This document shows positions 17,244 to 27,478 of a stretch of DNA of 52,221 bases, piece after piece (position 1 is the first letter of the stretch; the number at the start of each line of letters is the position of its first letter). A model generated the notes under the pieces. That model was not told the origin of the DNA, searched no databases, and worked only from the letters and a program-made list of their open reading frames with translations. Origin of the DNA: Deltaproteobacteria bacterium (GTDB lineage: Bacteria > Desulfobacterota > Desulfobulbia > Desulfobulbales > Desulfocapsaceae). The stretch is taken from the NCBI GenBank assembly GCA_002747805.1, contig PDQP01000050.1:1-52221 (forward strand), in the 5' to 3' direction. Made by a program: the position numbers and the translations under genes.

Positions 17244-17588
17244 CTAAATAAGTTCCAGCAGCTGATCAAGATTATGCTTGTTGACAAAACCCAAGGCACC
17301 GACCTCAGCCGCCCGGCCGCTGTACTGCTCCTTATCCAGATTTGAAAAGAAGACAATCCTGGCCCCGGAATCAAGGGTCATAATTTCCCTTGCCGCCGAA
17401 AATCCATCCATATCACGCATGGTTACATCCATAATAACCAGTTCCGGCCGATGCTGGTCATACATATCGATAGCCTCGCGGCCGTTTCTTGCCTCGGCGG
17501 CAATCTGGTATCCCTTCTTTTCCAGCAGATTACGAACCATTTTACGCATGATTGATGAATCATCAACTATCATTATCTGTTTGCTCAT
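17244..17588 (-). CDS. cheY: Single-domain response regulator CheY
   Basis: 114 aa with IMIVDDSSIMRK, the phospho-acceptor context LVIMDVTM and a conserved K in FVNKH. Confidence 0.9.
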   Translation of the reverse strand: MSKQIMIVDDSSIMRKMVRNLLEKKGYQIAAEARNGREAIDMYDQHRPELVIMDVTMRDMDGFSAAREIMTLDSGARIVFFSNLDKEQYSGRAAEVGALGFVNKHNLDQLLELI

Positions 17589-17634
17589 TGCCCGGATTTC
17601 CTTCCCTGTTAAATAAAACGCAATAAAAAAACAC

Positions 17635-18138
17635 CTACTCAGCCATTGCCTTCAGGTGCTTAATCTCGTCTGTGTGCAGAATACGGCCAAAGTTAAGCAG
17701 AATCAAAAGACGCTCATCAATCTCACACACTCCGTCTATATATTGACTTTCAAGACCGGCGGTAACAATTTCCGGCGGCGGTTCAATGGTTTTGGTAAGA
17801 ATTTTCAAGACCTTGGTTACTGAATCAACCCGAAAGCCGGTAATCCGGCCTTCAATTTCAAGGATCAGGATCCAGACCTTCTCCTCATCCTCTTCCGCCT
17901 TTTTCTGCAGCAGGTTCAGCCTCTTACGCAGATCGATAACCGGAATAATATTACCGCGCAGGTTAATCACCCCTTCCACAAAGGCAGGAGAATTGGGAAT
18001 GGAGGTAATGGCCGCATCACGGATAATTTCCCTGACCTTTAGAATTTCCACTCCGAACAGTTCCGTTCCGATGGAAAAACCAACCAGCTGCATGGAATCT
18101 TCAATGACAGTTTTCTGACCTGTACTCGTAACGTCCAT
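17635..18138 (-). CDS. cheW: Chemotaxis coupling protein CheW
   Basis: 167 aa with QLVGFSIGTELFGVEILKVREI...VINLRGNIIPVIDLRKRL, typical of the CheW fold. Confidence 0.9.
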   Translation of the reverse strand: MDVTSTGQKTVIEDSMQLVGFSIGTELFGVEILKVREIIRDAAITSIPNSPAFVEGVINLRGNIIPVIDLRKRLNLLQKKAEEDEEKVWILILEIEGRITGFRVDSVTKVLKILTKTIEPPPEIVTAGLESQYIDGVCEIDERLLILLNFGRILHTDEIKHLKAMAE

Positions 18139-18237
18139 CGTTACTCCTTAAATTTTACTGGTTAAAATCCGCAAAAGGCAGGCAAGGCCAAAACCTTTTG
18201 CGGATTTTCTTGCATAAAAAACACCCAGCCCGAAAAA

Positions 18238-20826
18238 CTAGGCACCGGCCTCGATCTTAAACTTACGAACCTCATCGGCAAGTTCAGTCGAGAGCTTTCT
18301 CATGTTCTCGGAAATGTTAATAACCTCACCGGCTCCGTTATAGGTGTTTTCCGCCTGAGCTGCACCTTCCTCGGTGGCGGCCACAACCCGCTTGGAACGT
18401 CCGGCCTGAGCGGCAGTCAGCTGGTCAATAGATTCTGAACGGGAAACAACCTCACGCATATCACCATCAGCTTCCTGGGCCAGGCGGTTAGAGTTTTCCA
18501 CCAGTTTATCGATGTTTTCAACCTGCTGAACCAGACGGCCAAGGGCCTCTTCCGCAGCAGCCCGTCTGGCACCCTGCTGACCGGCCATATTCATAATCTC
18601 GGATGAAAAGGCGTTTACTTCGGCCATAATGTTCTGCACTGACTTGGAACTTTCAGACAGGGAGTCTGCAACTCTGGTAATATCTTCAATAGCCTGAATG
18701 TTACCCTGACCACCCTGGGAGATTTTCTCCAGAGCAAGCTGGGACTGATTAGACAGCTTGGTACCGTCCTCAACCCTCTTGGTTGAGTCCTTAATCAGCT
18801 TGGTAATCTCGTTGGCCGCATCCGCAGAACGCTGGGCCAGCTTACCAACCTCGTCTGCAACCACAGCAAAACCCTTACCGTGTTCACCGGCACGGGCGGC
18901 CTCAATGGCGGCGTTCAGGGCCAGCAGGTTGGTCTGTTCGGTAATTTCGGTAATAACCGAGATGATCTCTGAAATCTGTTCGGATGATTCGGCAATGGCC
19001 TGCATACCTTGCACGGTGGCGTTTACCGTATCACGACCCTCTTGTGCGGCCTGCAGCACTTCCTGACCCTGCTCGCGGGAGCTTTTGGCTGCCTCGGCCA
19101 GCAGATTAACCGCTTCCCGCATGGCATCCACAGCGGCGGTGGCTTCCTGCACCGATTCTCCCTGCTTGGTTGCGGTAGCCACAACCTTACCACCAGTCTC
19201 ACCCATATCGGAAACCCTGGCGATAACCGTGTTAGCTTCCTCTTTCTGCGAACCTGTAGCATCCGCCACCTGCTCCATGGAGCTAACCAGTTCCTGAAGT
19301 CTGGCACCGGAGTCGGTAGCTTCCTGCTTCTGGGCGGCGGCGTTGCTGGCAACCTCACCGGCAGTCTTACCCATTTCGGAAATCAGACCCTGCATTTCCT
19401 GCATCATGGCAAGGTTCTTCTCGGCACGATCTCGGTTGGCCTGGGCACGCTGGGCCACGTTACCGGCACTGCTTTCAACCGCAATTGATGAACTATTAAC
19501 CAGGGTAAAGGAACGCCTTAGCTCCTGAATCAGCTCGTTAACGGCGGCGGCCATATCACCGACCTCGTCCTTACTTTCAACCGCCACGTTCTGGGTAAAG
19601 TCACGATTAGCAGCAACCCTTTGCACCGTACGGGCAATCCTTACAATCGGGTTAGCAACGGTACGGGCAGTAAACAGCCAAATAAAAATTGCCGCCACCA
19701 GAATAACCAGGGTAATAACCAGCACCGTGGTCATAGCCTGATTCTGAAACTCAGCAATACGGATGGAGGAGGCCAGAATATCTTCCTCGTAGGCACCAGC
19801 CGAAATAACCAGGTGCCAGGGAGCAAAATAGGCAAAGTGTACGGTTTTCTTTTTGGCTACCGGGTCGCCCGGGTTTTGCCACATATAGGTTTGAGAACCA
19901 AACTCGCCCTCTCTTAGTGACTTGGCCGCCTCAATCCTTTCCTTAACGATCAGGGTTCCAGTCTCAACGTCCTTGATGTTAGAAATATCCTCACCATCAC
20001 GCTTACCATTTCTTGAAACAAGATAAACACCCTTTTCATCAAGAACGGTAATATAACCAGATTTACCAATGGTAACATCATATAATGACTGCCGGATGTC
20101 CTTATCAATCTCGATCAGTTCACCGACATAGATGGCACCGATAACCTGACGATTGCTATCAAAAATAGGAGCATATACGTTTTGGTATAATCGGCCAACC
20201 ACCTCACTCATACCCCGGAAGGTATCTCCTCTTAATACCGTGGAAATTACCGGATTTTCCTTACCATCCGGCTTGGTGCGGGGGATATAGGTGCCGACCG
20301 CCCGGCTACCGTCCGCCTTACGGATAGTGGTGGCCACCCGCAGCATATCACCGGCATCATTCATCCTTTGAAAGATGGTAACATCAATCCCGCTGTTAAT
20401 CCTTTTAACCTCATCAACAATATTCAGGCCGGATTCACCGCCCGCCTGAGTCTGACCAAACCAGAGGGAAGGCAGGCTGACCGGTACCGTGGAACCGGTA
20501 AACTGGTTAACCGCATTCCAGCGGACATTTTCGCCAGTCAGATCCAGGCTAACACTGCCCTCACGGCCAATAAAGTCCTTGGCATGTTCCATTGCTGTAT
20601 TAAGTTCTCTGACAACAACATCATACTCAAACTTGATGGTCTCATAGGAAGTCTTAACAATCCGGTCAACTGAACGGTATGCAATTTTGGACGTGTCATC
20701 ACGAGCATGCTCCTGCACCTGCAAACCGGAGAAATAGTTAACAACTGAAACAACGATCAAGGGGACAATGGTAAGAAGAATACCGATTGTCAGCAATTTT
20801 GGTACCAGCCTAAGATTCTTTAGCAT
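18238..20826 (-). CDS. Methyl-accepting chemotaxis protein with a large Cache-type periplasmic sensor and HAMP
   Basis: 862 aa. TM1 is followed by a periplasmic region of about 340 aa with Cache-like motifs, then TM2, HAMP and the signalling hairpin tip [34 protein letters not shown]. Confidence 0.9.
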   Translation of the reverse strand: MLKNLRLVPKLLTIGILLTIVPLIVVSVVNYFSGLQVQEHARDDTSKIAYRSVDRIVKTSYETIKFEYDVVVRELNTAMEHAKDFIGREGSVSLDLTGENVRWNAVNQFTGSTVPVSLPSLWFGQTQAGGESGLNIVDEVKRINSGIDVTIFQRMNDAGDMLRVATTIRKADGSRAVGTYIPRTKPDGKENPVISTVLRGDTFRGMSEVVGRLYQNVYAPIFDSNRQVIGAIYVGELIEIDKDIRQSLYDVTIGKSGYITVLDEKGVYLVSRNGKRDGEDISNIKDVETGTLIVKERIEAAKSLREGEFGSQTYMWQNPGDPVAKKKTVHFAYFAPWHLVISAGAYEEDILASSIRIAEFQNQAMTTVLVITLVILVAAIFIWLFTARTVANPIVRIARTVQRVAANRDFTQNVAVESKDEVGDMAAAVNELIQELRRSFTLVNSSSIAVESSAGNVAQRAQANRDRAEKNLAMMQEMQGLISEMGKTAGEVASNAAAQKQEATDSGARLQELVSSMEQVADATGSQKEEANTVIARVSDMGETGGKVVATATKQGESVQEATAAVDAMREAVNLLAEAAKSSREQGQEVLQAAQEGRDTVNATVQGMQAIAESSEQISEIISVITEITEQTNLLALNAAIEAARAGEHGKGFAVVADEVGKLAQRSADAANEITKLIKDSTKRVEDGTKLSNQSQLALEKISQGGQGNIQAIEDITRVADSLSESSKSVQNIMAEVNAFSSEIMNMAGQQGARRAAAEEALGRLVQQVENIDKLVENSNRLAQEADGDMREVVSRSESIDQLTAAQAGRSKRVVAATEEGAAQAENTYNGAGEVINISENMRKLSTELADEVRKFKIEAGA

Positions 20827-21247
20827 GAGCGACCTTCCTTTTTTTGAATTACAAAAAAATGTTTCATAAATGCCAAAATGAAGAGCGGCCCGAAGCCGGA
20901 GGACTTAAGCACCAGCAGCACGGGACAGAACACTCTCCATCAAAACCTGCGGTCAGGCAAGGGCCGACCAACATTTCCCAGCCATTTTCCAACCAACAGA
21001 AGCGGATTATACGGAAAAAAAAATTATATGCAACAGAAAATATCAAGCCGCCGCCCTTGATCCCGATTTTACTGCCCGGTTAAATTCCTCATTGATTTTT
21101 AATAACCTGGTATTATTGTCAGATGATGGCCGGGGCTTTTCTGCAAGGAGCTGCCCTGGCCGCCGATGGAATTGAAAACAAAGCATTTTTCAGTCTGCGG
21201 CAGAATCTGAAATTCGAATATAAAATTCAAATGGCAGGAGACATGAT

Positions 21248-22084
21248 ATGTGGGAATATACGGATAAGGTGCAGCAGCATTTTCTGCATCCGCAAAATGT
21301 GGGCGAGATAGAAAACCCGGACGGCATGGGGGATGTGGGATCTCTGGCCTGCGGCGATGCCCTTAAGCTGACCCTGAGGATTGATGATAATGATATTATC
21401 ACCGATGCCAAGTTCAAGACCTTCGGCTGTGCCAGTGCCATCGCCTCTTCCTCGGTCTTGACCGAGATGATTAAGGGCATGTCCATTGATGAGGCGGCCA
21501 GGGTTACTAATGATGATATAGCCGAGCAGCTAGGCGGCCTGCCTAGAGAAAAGATGCACTGTTCGGTGATGGGGCGGGAGGCACTGGAGGCCGCCATTGC
21601 CGATTATCGGGGCATGGTGCTGCCCATGGCCGAGGGCGAGGTGGTTTGTGAGTGCTTTGGCGTAACCGATCTGGAAGTGATACGAGCGGTTAAGGAATCG
21701 GGGCTGAAATCGGTGGAGGAAATCACCAATTTTACCAAGGCCGGCGGCGGCTGCGGCAAGTGTGAGGATAATCTGCGGCGGCTGCTTCAGGAGACCATCT
21801 CCGGCCAGGCTGAAAACGGCGGCGGCGGGGCAAAACCCAGGCGGATGACCGCCCTGCAGAAAATCAAAAAGATTGAGGAAGTAATTGAAAAGCAGATTCG
21901 GCCCGGCCTGAAAAAGGACGGCGGGGATATTGAGCTGGTGGATGTGGACGGCGACTTTGTCAGTGTTTCACTGCTGGGTAATTGTACTAGCTGTAAGCAG
22001 TCCGGCACCACCATCAAGGAATATGTGGAGAAGAAACTGCGGGAGCTGGTGCTGGAATCACTGATTGTTGAGGAGGCCGAGTAG
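21248..22084 (+). CDS. nifU: NifU-type Fe-S cluster scaffold (IscU-like, BFD-like [2Fe-2S] and NifU C-terminal domains)
   Basis: YTDKVQQHFLHPQNVGEI...GSLACGDALKL...FKTFGCASAIASSS, a central CECFGV...GGGCGKCE region and a C-terminal LLGNCTSCKQS motif. Confidence 0.9.
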   Translation: MWEYTDKVQQHFLHPQNVGEIENPDGMGDVGSLACGDALKLTLRIDDNDIITDAKFKTFGCASAIASSSVLTEMIKGMSIDEAARVTNDDIAEQLGGLPREKMHCSVMGREALEAAIADYRGMVLPMAEGEVVCECFGVTDLEVIRAVKESGLKSVEEITNFTKAGGGCGKCEDNLRRLLQETISGQAENGGGGAKPRRMTALQKIKKIEEVIEKQIRPGLKKDGGDIELVDVDGDFVSVSLLGNCTSCKQSGTTIKEYVEKKLRELVLESLIVEEAE

Positions 22085-23272
22085 ATGATTAAGGATGATC
22101 AGATTATCTATCTGGATAATAATGCCACCACCAGGGTTGCCCCGGAGGTGCTGGAGGCGATGATGCCTTATCTTGCCGATTATTATGGCAATCCATCCAG
22201 TATGCACGCCTTCGGCGGCCAGGTGGAGGCGGCAGTGCAGCGGGCAAGGGAGGAGGTGGCCGGACTGCTGGGGGCAGAGCCTGCGGAGATTACCTTTACC
22301 AGCTGCGGCACCGAAAGCGATTCTACGGCTATCTTGTCGGCCATGCGTACCTTTCCCGAACGGCGGCATATTATCACCACCAGGGTTGAGCATCCGGCGG
22401 TGAAAAGCCTGTGTGAAAGCCTGGCCGCCATGACCGGACATAAATATCGGGTAACTGCCCTCAAGGTTAATGATGACGGCACTCTGGATATGGATGCCTA
22501 CCGTGAGGCTCTGGGCGATGATACCGCCATTGTCTCGGTGATGTGGGCCAATAACGAGACCGGAGTAATCTTTCCGGTGCCGGAAATGGCAAGGCTGGCA
22601 AAGGAAAGAGGAGTGCTTTTTCATACCGATGCGGTGCAGGCGGTGGGCAAGATTCCCATCAATCTTGGGGAACTGGAGGTGGATTTTCTGTCCATGTCCG
22701 GGCATAAACTCCATGCACCAAAGGGGGTCGGGGTCTTATATGTGCGGCGCGGCACCATGTTTGTTCCCTTTCTGACCGGCGGCCATCAGGAGAAGGGGCG
22801 GCGCGGCGGCACCGAAAATGTGGCTTCCATTGTTGCCCTGGGGCGGGCCTGCCGCCTGGCCGGAGAGAATATGGCGGCGGAAAATACCAAGGTCAGGGCC
22901 TTGCGCGATCGTCTGGAAGAGGGGCTGCTGGCCTCGATTCCCAAGGCGATCTTAAATGGCCATAAGACCATGCGGCTGCCCAATACCACCAATATAAGTT
23001 TTGAGTATGTGGAGGGCGAGGCCATTTTGCTTTATATGAACGAGTTTAATATCTGTGCCTCTTCCGGCTCCGCCTGTACTTCCGGCTCGCTGGAGCCTTC
23101 CCATGTACTGCGGGCGATGGGCGTACCTTTTACGGCGGCTCATGGTTCCATCCGGTTTTCCCTGTCGATTTATAATACCGAGGAAGAGATTGATTTTGTG
23201 CTGGAGAAGATGCCGGGGATTATTGCATCACTTAGGGAAATGTCGCCGTTTTGGCCGGGGGATAAGCCGTGA
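22085..23272 (+). CDS. nifS: Cysteine desulfurase NifS (class V aminotransferase)
   Basis: IYLDNNATT..., the PLP lysine context SMSGHKLHAPKGVG and the active-site loop ASSGSACTSGS. The start abuts the nifU stop. Confidence 0.9.
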   Translation: MIKDDQIIYLDNNATTRVAPEVLEAMMPYLADYYGNPSSMHAFGGQVEAAVQRAREEVAGLLGAEPAEITFTSCGTESDSTAILSAMRTFPERRHIITTRVEHPAVKSLCESLAAMTGHKYRVTALKVNDDGTLDMDAYREALGDDTAIVSVMWANNETGVIFPVPEMARLAKERGVLFHTDAVQAVGKIPINLGELEVDFLSMSGHKLHAPKGVGVLYVRRGTMFVPFLTGGHQEKGRRGGTENVASIVALGRACRLAGENMAAENTKVRALRDRLEEGLLASIPKAILNGHKTMRLPNTTNISFEYVEGEAILLYMNEFNICASSGSACTSGSLEPSHVLRAMGVPFTAAHGSIRFSLSIYNTEEEIDFVLEKMPGIIASLREMSPFWPGDKP

Positions 23273-24195
23273 TTGTGGTCGAACCTTCATTTGAGTTTCA
23301 GGATAAGCTGGATGCGGCCGGAATTGCGGTGCGGCTGGAGGCATGCGGGCGGATTTGCTATAAAAGCGAGGACAAGATTACCGAGGATTCGGCGGTTCCC
23401 TTTGTTAAACGCCTTGCCTCTTACGGCCATAATTCGGTGCTGGAGATGGCGGTGGTTACGGTGCAGGTAGATTGCACCGAGCAGGAGGCGGGCCGCTTTT
23501 TTGCCTTGCAGCCGAAGTTTTTGGTGGTTGACCAGTATCAGGGCGGGCTGCTGCTGACCGGCTCGGTCAGGAGTTTTCGGGAGCTGGGTAAAAGATGTCC
23601 TGATGCGGGGGCGGTTAGGGCGGCGATTGCCCTGTTGGCCGAGCGTCATCCCTGGCTGTATGAGGGGATTTATGAGGCCGGGGCAGCGGTTGATCCGGCA
23701 ATCAGGGTAAGGAAGGTACGGCTTGACGAGGTGGAATCCCTGCCGGATGAACTGCTGATGCGGCACCGTTATATGGGGGTGAAATTTATTGTTAACCGAG
23801 CGGTCAGCCATGAACTGGTCAGGCACCGCACCTGCTCCTTTTTGCAGGAAAGCCAGCGATATTGTAATTATAACCGTGAAAAGTTCGGCGGCCAGGTGAG
23901 TTTTGTCAGGCCGGTGTTTTTTAGGGAGGGCAGTGAGGAATACCGGATTTGGCTGGCGGCCATGCAGGAGGCGGAAGCAAGGTATCTGAAACTGCTGGAG
24001 ACCTCATCACCGCAGGCGGCCAGAACGGTGCTGCCCAATAGCTGCAAGACCGAGATTATTGTCTATTGCAGCCTTGAGGAATGGCGGCATATTATCAGGC
24101 TGAGAACTCCCAAAAATGCTGATCCCTCGATGCGGGAGATTATGCTGGGGGCAGCAGAGGAATTTGCAGGAAGATATGCTGTGATGGGGGGTTAG
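23269..24195 (+). CDS. thyX: FAD-dependent thymidylate synthase ThyX
   Basis: ThyX motif VRHRTCSFLQESQRY, plus GHNSVLEM and ARTVLPNSCKTEIIV. The GTG start overlaps the nifS TGA (GTGA). Confidence 0.85.
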   Translation: MIVVEPSFEFQDKLDAAGIAVRLEACGRICYKSEDKITEDSAVPFVKRLASYGHNSVLEMAVVTVQVDCTEQEAGRFFALQPKFLVVDQYQGGLLLTGSVRSFRELGKRCPDAGAVRAAIALLAERHPWLYEGIYEAGAAVDPAIRVRKVRLDEVESLPDELLMRHRYMGVKFIVNRAVSHELVRHRTCSFLQESQRYCNYNREKFGGQVSFVRPVFFREGSEEYRIWLAAMQEAEARYLKLLETSSPQAARTVLPNSCKTEIIVYCSLEEWRHIIRLRTPKNADPSMREIMLGAAEEFAGRYAVMGG

Positions 24196-24374
24196 CTTCT
24201 TGCCTTTTAATGATTGGAATGACGGCTATGATAATCAGTTGGCACTCCAGACTTGTTGACAAAACAAACTTCTTTATTGTAATACTCTAATATTATTTAA
24301 TATATTTTCACAACAAACAATATCTCAGCATTTTTGAAACACTGCCCTTGATTTTAATCATCGGGAGGAAAAAC

Positions 24375-25388
24375 ATGCACGTTCTTGTTACCGGCGGTGC
24401 CGGATATATTGGCTCTCATACCTGCCTGGAACTGATGGAAGCAGGGCATCAGGTTACGGTGGTGGATAATTTTTGTAATTCCAGCCCGGAATCCTTAAGC
24501 AGAGTGCAGGAAATCACTGGTAAAAGCCTCACCCTATACGAGGCAGATTTGCTTGATCAAGAGGCTTTGAACAAGGTTTTCCGCAAGCTATTGGTGCCTG
24601 CCGAGGCGGTGATTCATTTTGCCGGATTAAAGGCGGTCGGTGAATCGGTGGCAAAGCCTTGGGAATATTACCATAACAATATCAGCGGCACCCTGGTTTT
24701 GCTTGACCAGATGCGGCAGGCAGGAGTGAAAAACCTGGTTTTCAGTTCATCGGCAACCGTTTACGGCGATCCGGCATCGGTACCCATCACCGAGGATTTC
24801 CCGCTATCCTGCACCAATCCATATGGCAGAACCAAGCTGATGATTGAGGAAATTTTAACTGATATGGCAATTGCCGATCCGGCCTTAAATATTGCCCTGC
24901 TCAGATATTTTAATCCGGTCGGCGCCCATAAAAGCGGCAAAATAGGAGAAGATCCGTCTGGAATCCCCAATAATCTTATGCCGTATATCTCTCAGGTGGC
25001 GGTGGGCAAGCTAAAGGAAGTATCGGTTTTTGGTGATGATTATAACACCAGGGACGGTACGGGGGTGCGTGATTATATTCATGTGGTAGATCTGGCAAAA
25101 GGTCATGTCTGTGCCATTAACAAACTGGCCGAAAATCCGGGACGGGTGGTTTATAACCTGGGGACAGGCAAGGGATACTCGGTACTGGAGATGATACGGG
25201 CCTTTCAGCAGGCATCCGGCCGAGAGATCCGTTATAAAATTGCCCCGAGGCGGGCAGGAGATATTGCCAAATGTTATGCCGACTCGCAGCTTGCCTTAAA
25301 GGAACTGGGCTGGCAGGCAATTTACGGCATAGATGATATGTGCCGCGACACCTGGAACTGGCAGCAGCAAAACCCTGACGGTTATTAG
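24375..25388 (+). CDS. galE: UDP-glucose 4-epimerase
   Basis: [15 protein letters not shown] Rossmann motif, SSSATVYG and a catalytic YxxxK (YGRTK). Start trimmed to the ATG at 24375, behind a GGGAGG RBS. Confidence 0.9.
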   Translation: MHVLVTGGAGYIGSHTCLELMEAGHQVTVVDNFCNSSPESLSRVQEITGKSLTLYEADLLDQEALNKVFRKLLVPAEAVIHFAGLKAVGESVAKPWEYYHNNISGTLVLLDQMRQAGVKNLVFSSSATVYGDPASVPITEDFPLSCTNPYGRTKLMIEEILTDMAIADPALNIALLRYFNPVGAHKSGKIGEDPSGIPNNLMPYISQVAVGKLKEVSVFGDDYNTRDGTGVRDYIHVVDLAKGHVCAINKLAENPGRVVYNLGTGKGYSVLEMIRAFQQASGREIRYKIAPRRAGDIAKCYADSQLALKELGWQAIYGIDDMCRDTWNWQQQNPDGY

Positions 25389-25574
25389 GCAGAAACTATT
25401 TTTCCCTGATAGATGCGGGGCTGATTTACCTTGGTTCCGGCTTAAAATTTTTCATTGACATTTTAACCAACGATTTTTATTCGTATGCACTACTTAAGTT
25501 GATGATACTGTTTTTTCAACCAAATGAGTCTAAATCTAAAAATTTCTTTTATTTATAGTTAGTTGAGGTATGCC

Positions 25575-27434
25575 ATGACAGAGAAAAAAAGTTATGAATT
25601 TCAGGCAGAAACCAAAAGGCTGCTGGATATTGTTATTAACTCCCTTTATACTGAGCGTGATGTTTTTCTGCGGGAGCTGATTTCCAATGCTGCTGATGCC
25701 CTGGAAAAATTCAGGTATGAACGGGTAACGGCGGAAGATGTCTTTGATGACCATTTAGAGCTTGAGATCAATATCAAGCTCGATGAAGAGAAAAAGACCC
25801 TGACCATCGTTGATACCGGAATAGGTATGACCAAGGCCGAGCTGGAGCAGAATCTTGGCACCATTGCCCACTCCGGTTCCGGCAATTTTTTGGCTGAACT
25901 GGCCGAGGCCGCCCAAAATGATGTCAACCTGATTGGTCAATTCGGAGTTGGTTTCTATTCGGCCTTTATGGTCGGCGCCAAGGTAACTGTGCAGAGCCGT
26001 TCCTGGGACGGCAGTGAGGGGCATCAATGGCAGTCGGACGGGGCCGGCAGCTTTACCATCAGCGAGGAGCCGGGCCTGCATCGAGGCACCAGAATTATTA
26101 TCGAGCTAAAGGAAGATGCCAAGGATTATGCCCAGAAATGGAAGATTGAATCAATTATCAAGCAATATTCGGCCTTTGTCCCCTTTCCCATCAAACTTGA
26201 GGAAGAGGTGGTCAATACGGTCAAGGCCCTGTGGACCAGAAACCGCAATGAGATAACCGATGAAGAATATAATGAATTTTATAAATTTGTCGGTACGGCC
26301 AGCGGCGATCCGCTCTATCGGCTGCATTTTTCAGCCGATGCACCGCTTGCCATCAACGCCCTGCTCTTTGTTCCCAAGGAAAATTTTGAGGTGCTGGGTT
26401 TTGGCCGGGTTGATCCCGGGGTAAATCTCTATTGTCAGCGGATTCTGATCGACCAGCATTCAGAAACCATCCTGCCGGAATGGCTACGCTTTCTGAAGGG
26501 CGTAGTCGATAGCGAAGACCTGCCGCTTAATATCTCGCGTCAGGCCCTGCAGGATAATGCCCTGGTTGCCAAAATCAGAAAGGTAATCACCAAAAGATTT
26601 TTGAAATATCTTGACGAGCAGGCCAAAAAGGATCATGACACCTATCTTGAGTTTTGGCGGACTTTTGGCATTTATGTAAAGGAAGGCATCACTTCCGACT
26701 TTGAGTTCAAGGACGAGCTGGGCAAACTGGTACGGTTTGAATCTTCCAAGTCAGAGCCGGAAAAACCAGTATCTCTGGCCGATTATGTGCTGCGCATGGC
26801 TCCCGATCAGGAAGAGATTTACTATATCAATGGGCCAAGCCGGGCCGCAGTGGAATCCGGGCCGTATATCGAGATGTTTAAGAAAAACGATATTGAAATC
26901 ATTTATACCCTGGAACCCATTGATGACTTTGTTTTAAGCCATCTGGGCGAATTTGACGGCAAAAAGCTGGTTTCGGCAGATCGTGCCGATTTGAAGCTGC
27001 CCAAAAATAATGAAGAAAAGACCGATGAAGACCAGGCCGAGGCCCCCGATAAGCCGGATGAACTGCTGGGCTGGATGAAGGAAACTTTGGGAGACAAGGT
27101 TGCTCAGGTGATTAAGTCCAGGCGGCTGGTGGATGCACCGGCCATGATTGTCAATCAGGACGGCTATATGACCTCGACCATGGAAAGGGTGCTGGCGGCT
27201 TCCCGTCAGGACGGCATCATGGGCGGCGAAAAATCCAAAAAGAACCTGGAAGTTAATTTGACCAATCCTTTAATCCTGCATCTGGCAGAACTAAAGGACC
27301 ATGATGCTGACTTTGCTGCTGAGGCCCTGTGGCAGATTTATGATAATGCCATGCTGCAGGCCGGTTTAAGTGTTGACCCGCTGGAGATGGTAAAGCGTAA
27401 TTACCGCATACTTTCCCGGGCGGTTAAGCAGTAG
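25575..27434 (+). CDS. htpG: Molecular chaperone HtpG (Hsp90)
   Basis: YEFQAETKRLLDIVINSLYTERDVFLRELISNAADA... and GQFGVGFYSAFMV are Hsp90 signatures. Start taken at MTEKKS. Confidence 0.95.
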   Translation: MTEKKSYEFQAETKRLLDIVINSLYTERDVFLRELISNAADALEKFRYERVTAEDVFDDHLELEINIKLDEEKKTLTIVDTGIGMTKAELEQNLGTIAHSGSGNFLAELAEAAQNDVNLIGQFGVGFYSAFMVGAKVTVQSRSWDGSEGHQWQSDGAGSFTISEEPGLHRGTRIIIELKEDAKDYAQKWKIESIIKQYSAFVPFPIKLEEEVVNTVKALWTRNRNEITDEEYNEFYKFVGTASGDPLYRLHFSADAPLAINALLFVPKENFEVLGFGRVDPGVNLYCQRILIDQHSETILPEWLRFLKGVVDSEDLPLNISRQALQDNALVAKIRKVITKRFLKYLDEQAKKDHDTYLEFWRTFGIYVKEGITSDFEFKDELGKLVRFESSKSEPEKPVSLADYVLRMAPDQEEIYYINGPSRAAVESGPYIEMFKKNDIEIIYTLEPIDDFVLSHLGEFDGKKLVSADRADLKLPKNNEEKTDEDQAEAPDKPDELLGWMKETLGDKVAQVIKSRRLVDAPAMIVNQDGYMTSTMERVLAASRQDGIMGGEKSKKNLEVNLTNPLILHLAELKDHDADFAAEALWQIYDNAMLQAGLSVDPLEMVKRNYRILSRAVKQ

Positions 27435-27446
27435 CCTTTATACTGC

Positions 27447-27466
27447 CGGCAAACAATGCCGTTTTT
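27447..27466 (+). terminator. Weak intrinsic terminator or attenuator after htpG
   Basis: 5-bp stem CGGCA-N5-TGCCG followed by TTTTT. The stem is short, so the call is uncertain. Confidence 0.3.
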
Positions 27467-27478
27467 ACAGGAGTATTC

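Noticed and set aside
16529-17374. Long versions of track ORFs with N-terminal extensions (16529-17374, 6221-7351, 1696-2622, 24348-25388, 25563-27434, 30852-31256, 31180-31905, 39207-40034, 49675-50235)
   Set aside because: The extensions overlap upstream genes or lack an RBS. Internal starts with SD sequences, signal peptides or family-typical N-termini were preferred.
20860-20875. Sigma-54-like element (minus strand TGGCAT-N5-AAACA) about 35 nt upstream of the MCP start
   Set aside because: The -24 GG is present, but the -12 GC element at the correct spacing is missing (AAACA instead of TTGCA). The match is not good enough to call.
20844-21083. Short ORFs (60-79 aa, both strands) in the 420-bp MCP/nifU divergent intergenic region
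   Set aside because: They have no RBS, odd composition and mutual overlap. The region is more plausibly divergent promoter DNA.
21205-21235. Short palindrome ATTCGAAT and repeated AAATTC upstream of nifU as a possible IscR/Rrf2 operator
   Set aside because: It does not resemble the known IscR type 1 or type 2 consensus as I remember them. It is too short and AT-rich to distinguish from chance.
24240-24261. TGGCAC motif and an overlapping TTGACA upstream of galE
   Set aside because: For sigma-54, no GC lies 11 nt downstream of the GG. For sigma-70, TTGACA at 24256-24261 has no convincing -10 hexamer at 16-18 nt spacing (the best are TAATAC and GTAATA). It is left unannotated.
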